DNA of 32,000 nucleotides from Wolbachia endosymbiont of Spodoptera picta (GTDB lineage Bacteria; Pseudomonadota; Alphaproteobacteria; Rickettsiales; Anaplasmataceae): NCBI RefSeq assembly GCF_018141665.1, contig NZ_CP067976.1, positions 1,307,719 to 1,339,718 of the forward strand, read 5' to 3'. Shown piece by piece: positions 27,603 to 32,000 of this stretch (position 1 is its first letter; each line of letters starts with the position of its first letter). The notes under the pieces were generated by a model. It saw only the letters and a program-made list of their open reading frames with translations, ran no database searches and was not told where the DNA came from. The position numbers and the translations under genes were made by a program.

Positions 27603-27760
27603 TCCAATTCACATTTTGTGTAACGGTACACAGATTATAGTTAGTGAATATGTTGATAAGTAAATTTCCGCTTTTTTGTACGTATAAAATTAATTTACTT
27701 ATCAACATATTCACTAACCAGTTACAAAATTTGTGTAAGATACTATTTTACATAATTGGA
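27603..27760. repeat. imperfect palindromic element with 25-bp perfect inverted-repeat core
   Basis: The core TTAGTGAATATGTTGATAAGTAAAT (27641-27665) is matched by its exact reverse complement at 27693-27717, with a 27-nt spacer. The outer arms are partly complementary: TCCAATT 27603-27609 with AATTGGA 27754-27760, and TTTTGTGTAACGG with CCAGTTACAAAA. Confidence 0.8.
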
Positions 27761-28933
27761 GCGTTTTTTGCTTTTAAAGCACTAAACTTTCAGCCAAACT
27801 CCTAGCTCTGTAGTTTTTGATATGATCTGGATCAAAAGCCTTCTTTGACCTTAAAACACCAAAAACAATATGGAGTAACTTACGCATTGCAGCTCCCACA
27901 ATGGCCATGTTATGCTTGCCTTTCTCTTTTAACCTTTTGCAAAAAGTCATAATAGTAGGATTATGATTCTTAGCTACTATGGCAGGAAAGTACATTGCCT
28001 TACATAATGTTCGTGAACCGGATTTACTTAATCTGGGCTTGGCATGTACAGACGTACCTGACGTTATATTTCGTGGTATAGCTCCAGCATATGCTGCCAA
28101 TTGCCTGGCATCCTTGAAAGCTTTTATGTTAGGAACTTCAGCCAAAATAGCTACTGCTGATTCTTCTCCTATTCCTGGAATGGTCAATAGAAGTTGAAAA
28201 TTTTCCAACAATTCTTTGTGTTTATTTAATAGTTCACGTAAGGAGTTTTTTATTCTTTCTATTTTTTGTTTTATGTTCATTGCAAGGTCTTCCCAAGCAT
28301 TTGCAACTTCTTTAGGCAGTCTCTCTTTTTTTTCTAAGTGGTTATTTACTAATGTCAATTCATCTTTTAACGCAGCCGAGCAACGATAAAGATGCTTTAA
28401 TTTCTTTAACTCAGGAGAAGGTGGTGCCCAACGAATAGGTTCCTGTCTTTGGCAATAATCGGCAATTATCTCTGCATCAGTCTGATCATTCTTTTGTCGT
28501 ATAAGCTTACTTTTTGCATAAAATCTTATACAAGCTGGATTAACAACATTCACAAAATGTCCAGTATTGTGTAGAAATTCAGCTAAGGCTTCACTATAAC
28601 AACCAGTAGCTTCCATGCAGGCTTTTACTTGTTCTACATTATGCTTTTGTAGAAAGCTCAGTAAACCTTGAAACCCATGATCATTATTCTTGAAACTCCT
28701 TTTCCTGGTTTCACGTTTTCCTTTGTTGCTTATGAATGAAAGAGAAACATCAAAGCGATCTTTTGATATGTCTATACCCAAAAAGTTGTTGATCATATGT
28801 AACTCCATACGTTACTATTAAAATGAAAAGTAAGGCTAACCTTGTGGATACAGAATTATAACCATTTAGGTCTTTCTACGATACCGTTCAGCCTATACTT
28901 TTGAGAAGGGAACTCTTGTCTACCACACAGATT
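27628..28933 (-). mobile_element. IS110-family insertion sequence (boundaries uncertain)
   Basis: It contains the IS110-type transposase gene. The outer limits are tentatively set by a 9-nt direct repeat, ACACAGATT, at 27628-27636 and 28925-28933. No terminal inverted repeats are present, as expected for this family. Confidence 0.45.
27774..28808 (-). CDS. IS110-family transposase (DEDD/RuvC-like N-domain plus Transposase_20-like C-domain)
   Basis: A 344-aa ORF with NNFLGIDISKDRFDV near the N-terminus and LLTIPGIGEESAVAILAEV plus AAYAGAIPRNITSGTSV in the C-terminal half. The likely start is the internal Met, MINNFLG. Confidence 0.88.
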   Translation of the reverse strand: MELHMINNFLGIDISKDRFDVSLSFISNKGKRETRKRSFKNNDHGFQGLLSFLQKHNVEQVKACMEATGCYSEALAEFLHNTGHFVNVVNPACIRFYAKSKLIRQKNDQTDAEIIADYCQRQEPIRWAPPSPELKKLKHLYRCSAALKDELTLVNNHLEKKERLPKEVANAWEDLAMNIKQKIERIKNSLRELLNKHKELLENFQLLLTIPGIGEESAVAILAEVPNIKAFKDARQLAAYAGAIPRNITSGTSVHAKPRLSKSGSRTLCKAMYFPAIVAKNHNPTIMTFCKRLKEKGKHNMAIVGAAMRKLLHIVFGVLRSKKAFDPDHIKNYRARSLAESLVL

Positions 28934-28976
28934 TTATATCTAAGGAGATATTCAAAGTTCTTCCCTTCTCCACCTA

Positions 28977-29081
28977 ATGCTTAAGCTTAAAACATCAGAT
29001 GCTTTTAACAAGATACAAGGAGATATAGTTTCATGTGGGTTTAAAGTAATAAAAGGCAGTGAAAACGTGTTTGCAGGCTAA
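28977..29081 (+). pseudogene. C-terminal remnant of baseplate assembly protein V (gpV-like)
   Basis: A short frame, ...KIQGDIVSCGFKVIKGSENVFAG, ends 2 nt before the gpW start. The call rests mainly on its position upstream of gpW-gpJ-gpI. The upstream part is replaced by the IS110 element. Confidence 0.4.
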
Positions 29082-29083
29082 AA

Positions 29084-29411
29084 ATGGAAGGGATGGACTC
29101 CAAAACAGGAAAAGAATTAGAAGGAAATAGAACATCTGAAACAATCAATAATTGATATACTGACCACTCCTATTAACAGTAGGATAATGAGAAGGGATTA
29201 TGGGTCTAGACTATTTGAATTAGTGGATAAACCAATCAGTAGAGATTTAACACTTGAGATATATGCAGCAACAGCAGAAGCTTTAGGGAAATGGGAAAAA
29301 AGATTTAAATTAGAAAAAGTAAAAATAACAGAGGTGAAAGAAGGAAAAGTAACGCTTGACCTAGAAGGATTATACGTACCAAGTGGGAAAAACATTCGCT
29401 TTATAGCATAA
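29084..29411 (+). pseudogene. baseplate assembly protein W (gpW/gp25-like), one frameshift at 29123-29129
   Basis: ATG 29084 gives MEGMDSKTGKELEG, which then shifts to IEHLKQSIIDILTTPINSRIMRRDYGSRLFELVDKPI. One extra A in GGAAATAG causes the shift. The track ORF 29187..29411 is the C-terminal part. Confidence 0.75.
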
Positions 29412-29413
29412 AG

Positions 29414-30214
29414 ATGCAGCAGACTAACATTATTGAGCGACTGAACTTCGAAGAAATTCTGTCTCGGATGAAGGAAGAGTTAGTGAAGTGTGATGCAAGT
29501 TTTACAGCATTAGTAGAAAGTGACCCAGCGATGAAGGTATTAGAAGTAGCAGCATGGAGGGAATTGTTACTAAGACAAAGAATAAATGAATCAGTAAAGA
29601 GCAATTTACTAAAATTTGCAATGGGAGAAGATCTTGATAATTTAGCTGAGTTTTATGGAGTGGAGAGGCAAAAAGAAGAAGATGATGAACGATTTAGAAA
29701 AAGAATTAAAGCAAAGATAGTAGGCTCAAGCACGTGTGGAAGCAAGGAGTATTATAGGTATCATGCACTGTCAGCAGATAGTAGAGTAAAAGATGCACTA
29801 GTGGAATCACCTATACCAGGGAAAGTACAAATTTCAATCTTATCAACACAATTATCCACAACTGGCATAGCTTCAGAAGAGCTACTAGAAATTGTAAAAA
29901 AGCAGGTTACTAGAGATGATATAAGGGTTTTAACAGATACAGTAACAGTAATTGGTTGCAATATTACGGAAATAGATATTCACAGCAGAATGAGCATAAG
30001 TCCTGTAATATCAGAGGAAGAAATCAAGAAGCAGTTTATTAAGAAGTTTGAATTAGCAAAAAGATTAGGGTGGAGTGTAATAAGATCGTGGATAATAGCG
30101 AATCTATTTGTAGATGGTGTAGAAAACGTAGAATTAATCGAGCCAAAAGAGGATGTTGTAGTATTGGGGAATGAGTGTGCAGTGCTTGGCCATGTCAAGT
30201 TAGATAGGATTTAA
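29414..30214 (+). CDS. baseplate J-like protein (gpJ)
   Basis: A 266-aa ORF starting 3 nt after the gpW stop. ESDPAMKVLEVAAWRELLLRQRINESVKSNLLKFAMGEDLDNLAEFYGVER resembles the Baseplate_J family. Confidence 0.8.
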   Translation: MQQTNIIERLNFEEILSRMKEELVKCDASFTALVESDPAMKVLEVAAWRELLLRQRINESVKSNLLKFAMGEDLDNLAEFYGVERQKEEDDERFRKRIKAKIVGSSTCGSKEYYRYHALSADSRVKDALVESPIPGKVQISILSTQLSTTGIASEELLEIVKKQVTRDDIRVLTDTVTVIGCNITEIDIHSRMSISPVISEEEIKKQFIKKFELAKRLGWSVIRSWIIANLFVDGVENVELIEPKEDVVVLGNECAVLGHVKLDRI

Positions 30215-30438
30215 AACGTATTTTTTTGTTTTGTGGAATCGTACCAGTGAGGGGATTGCGTGCAATAAGTGGTTTACTGGATCCAATGTTAGGGAGAGGA
30301 AAGTATTGATTTTCTTCCAGAAGTTGTAATTTGTTTTTTAAAGTATGGATAATATGGTCAAATATTAAGGAAAGTGTTTTCGATATTAAGAACATCTTTA
30401 TTTTTGATCAGTTCTGCAATGATCTCTTGCTTACTCAT
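30195..30438 (-). pseudogene. HU/IHF-like DNA-binding protein gene, frameshifted and shortened
   Basis: The minus strand from ATG 30438 reads MSKQEIIAELIKNKDVLNIENTFLNI*. A second frame continues DHIIHTLKNKLQLLEENQYFPLPNIGSSKPLIARNPLTGTIPQNKKIRFKS, with RNPxTG as the arm motif. The beta-arm region is shorter than in canonical HU. Confidence 0.5.
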
Positions 30439-30485
30439 AAGCTACCTAAATAAAGGAAATTAAAGCAACTTGAAAGAAAAGACAA

Positions 30486-31646
30486 ATGAAAAGTTTATTA
30501 CCGCCAAACGCAACAAAGCAAGAAAAAGCGCTGGTTAATGCAATAGATTATAAGGTTGATCCGAGCTGTATCAGAGGATTTAAGTTTAGTCTTAAAGAAG
30601 AAACATTGCCGTGGTTAGTTGAAGAATATGGATTGGGGGAAATTCTACGTTGGATAAGGGATAAAAGAAAAGCCGTAGTAGAAGGAGTAAAATTTCAAAG
30701 ACTGAGAGGAACTCCAGCATCACTAAAAATAGCACTAAAATGGGCAAATATAGAAGATATTAAAATTATCGAAGAACCACCTGGTAAACATTTTTTTGAG
30801 TTGCAAGTAGGGATAAAAGAGGTACCAAATGACTTCTTCGTAGATGCAGTAGTAGAGCTGGCAAAACTATTACTGCCTGTAAGATCCGGATTGATGAGGA
30901 TTTTTAACGATTATTATAATGCGCAGAGATTTATATTGGATGAGAGTTTATTTGGAGATCTTCTTTCTGATTATTCAGGGGTAAAAATAGAAAAAGATGG
31001 ACCAGTGTTATCATTTGGAAGAGTAAATTTTTTCAGGTCTAGTGGTCCAGTTATTAGGATTATAGAAAACTATCTACGCGATCATTATGAACGAGCTTTA
31101 AGCAATGATATATATCGCCTAGATGTAGCAATCCTTGGAGAAACCGAGCCTCACACAAAGAATTATAACGGTATTTATGAAAGAAATCATTTGTGGTACA
31201 ACTTAAAAGCACTATATCCATTACCACAGAGTTTATTACCATCGATTAAATTTGCAAAAGCGCAGATAGTATTATCAGACAGTTGGGATTTAGGAGACAT
31301 AAATACGTGCTTTCCAGTTAGTAGCGTAGAAGAAAGAGGAAATAAATTTGTATTGGGAAGCGATAAACTTTCATGGCAATATTGGAATTTAAAACACAAG
31401 CCAATTTTAGAAAGATTTAGCGTTACTCACAACTATAAAGCAAAAAATTATACAGATCAGAAGGTCAGAAAATATGTTTTAGCAGAACACAACGTTTACT
31501 ATAAAAATGATTTAGAGCAAAAAGACTCAATACACGAATTAGAAAATTACATTTTAGTATTTTACCCAGGAGTACTAAAGTGGCATGAACATCGACATTT
31601 GCACAGAAGTTGGAAAAATAGTCAAGTAATATCTCTAATAAGTTAA
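30486..31646 (+). CDS. phage tail protein I (gpI-like) with long C-terminal extension
   Basis: A 386-aa ORF. The N-terminus, MKSLLPPNATKQEKALVNAIDY...WLVEEYGLGEILRW, matches the P2 gpI family pattern. The C-terminal 200 aa or so have no motif I recognise. Confidence 0.75.
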   Translation: MKSLLPPNATKQEKALVNAIDYKVDPSCIRGFKFSLKEETLPWLVEEYGLGEILRWIRDKRKAVVEGVKFQRLRGTPASLKIALKWANIEDIKIIEEPPGKHFFELQVGIKEVPNDFFVDAVVELAKLLLPVRSGLMRIFNDYYNAQRFILDESLFGDLLSDYSGVKIEKDGPVLSFGRVNFFRSSGPVIRIIENYLRDHYERALSNDIYRLDVAILGETEPHTKNYNGIYERNHLWYNLKALYPLPQSLLPSIKFAKAQIVLSDSWDLGDINTCFPVSSVEERGNKFVLGSDKLSWQYWNLKHKPILERFSVTHNYKAKNYTDQKVRKYVLAEHNVYYKNDLEQKDSIHELENYILVFYPGVLKWHEHRHLHRSWKNSQVISLIS

Positions 31647-31814
31647 GTACTTATATTTAGATCCTCATATATTATATTAACAATAGTTTAAAGTGTATGA
31701 AATAAAAAGAAAAGGACTTGCTTTCTTATGCTAAAAAAGGACATGAATTAAATAGCAGCAGGTAAACATAAGAAATTTATCTGGCGCTAGAAAAGCTAAT
31801 TTTGTGAGGTAAGT

Positions 31815-32000
31815 ATGAAGTTTAGCGAAGAAAAGAGAGAATCTTTTAGTAAGTTTTTTAAAGAAGTATCAAGTAACGGGTTTAAAAACATTAATAAAAG
31901 AAATGAAGAAGGAGAGACGATATTGCACCAAGCAGTAGAAATCTCTGATTACAAAACAGCGAGGTTATTAATAAAAAAAGGGGCAGAGGTAAATGCAAGA
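31815..32000 (+). CDS. ankyrin-repeat protein, 5' part (runs off the window)
   Basis: GAGG RBS plus ATG 31815. NEEGETILHQAVEISDYKTARLLIKKGAEVNAR is a canonical ANK repeat. Confidence 0.75.
   Translation, partial: MKFSEEKRESFSKFFKEVSSNGFKNINKRNEEGETILHQAVEISDYKTARLLIKKGAEVNAR

Noticed and set aside
1-32000. tRNA, rRNA or tmRNA genes
   Set aside because: I found no segment with the GC enrichment and cloverleaf-type complementarity expected. The GC-richer patches I noticed are explained by the group II intron ribozyme domains or by simple hairpins. A covariance-model scan would still be needed for certainty.

Overview
This is an AT-rich bacterial chromosome segment. Its gene content looks like a Wolbachia-type (Anaplasmataceae) endosymbiont; that is inferred from gene content and from my memory of these genomes, not from a database search. 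A few housekeeping genes (gap, tatC, fabI, secA, an exoD-like gene) sit in a dense mosaic of mobile and decaying DNA. The mobile DNA includes three copies of one IS481-like element with 26-bp TGT...ACA inverted repeats. There are two diverged group II introns, one apparently intact and one decayed and cut by the IS. Tn5-like IS4 and IS5 transposase remnants are present, and an IS110-family element is inserted into a prophage baseplate gene. The right end holds a P2/WO-like baseplate block (gpV remnant, gpW, gpJ, gpI) followed by an ankyrin gene. The left end holds a frameshifted HK97-type prohead protease. Between the IS5 remnant and the IS110 element lies an accessory island. It carries a frameshifted J-domain gene, an Rpn/PD-(D/E)XK nuclease, an XRE regulator and a 737-aa protein with two OTU-like cysteine-protease modules around ankyrin repeats. 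That protein is the most interesting candidate in the window. Other notable points are a recurrent C-terminal tail motif on several otherwise unrelated membrane or secreted-looking proteins, a host gene interrupted by both an intron and an IS, a secA 5' end broken at an A6 run, a roughly 160-bp palindromic element, and many single-base frameshifts at homopolymers. No rRNA, tRNA or CRISPR array was recognised. All coordinates and motifs were read by eye. Family assignments rest on remembered motifs and need HMM or BLAST confirmation.
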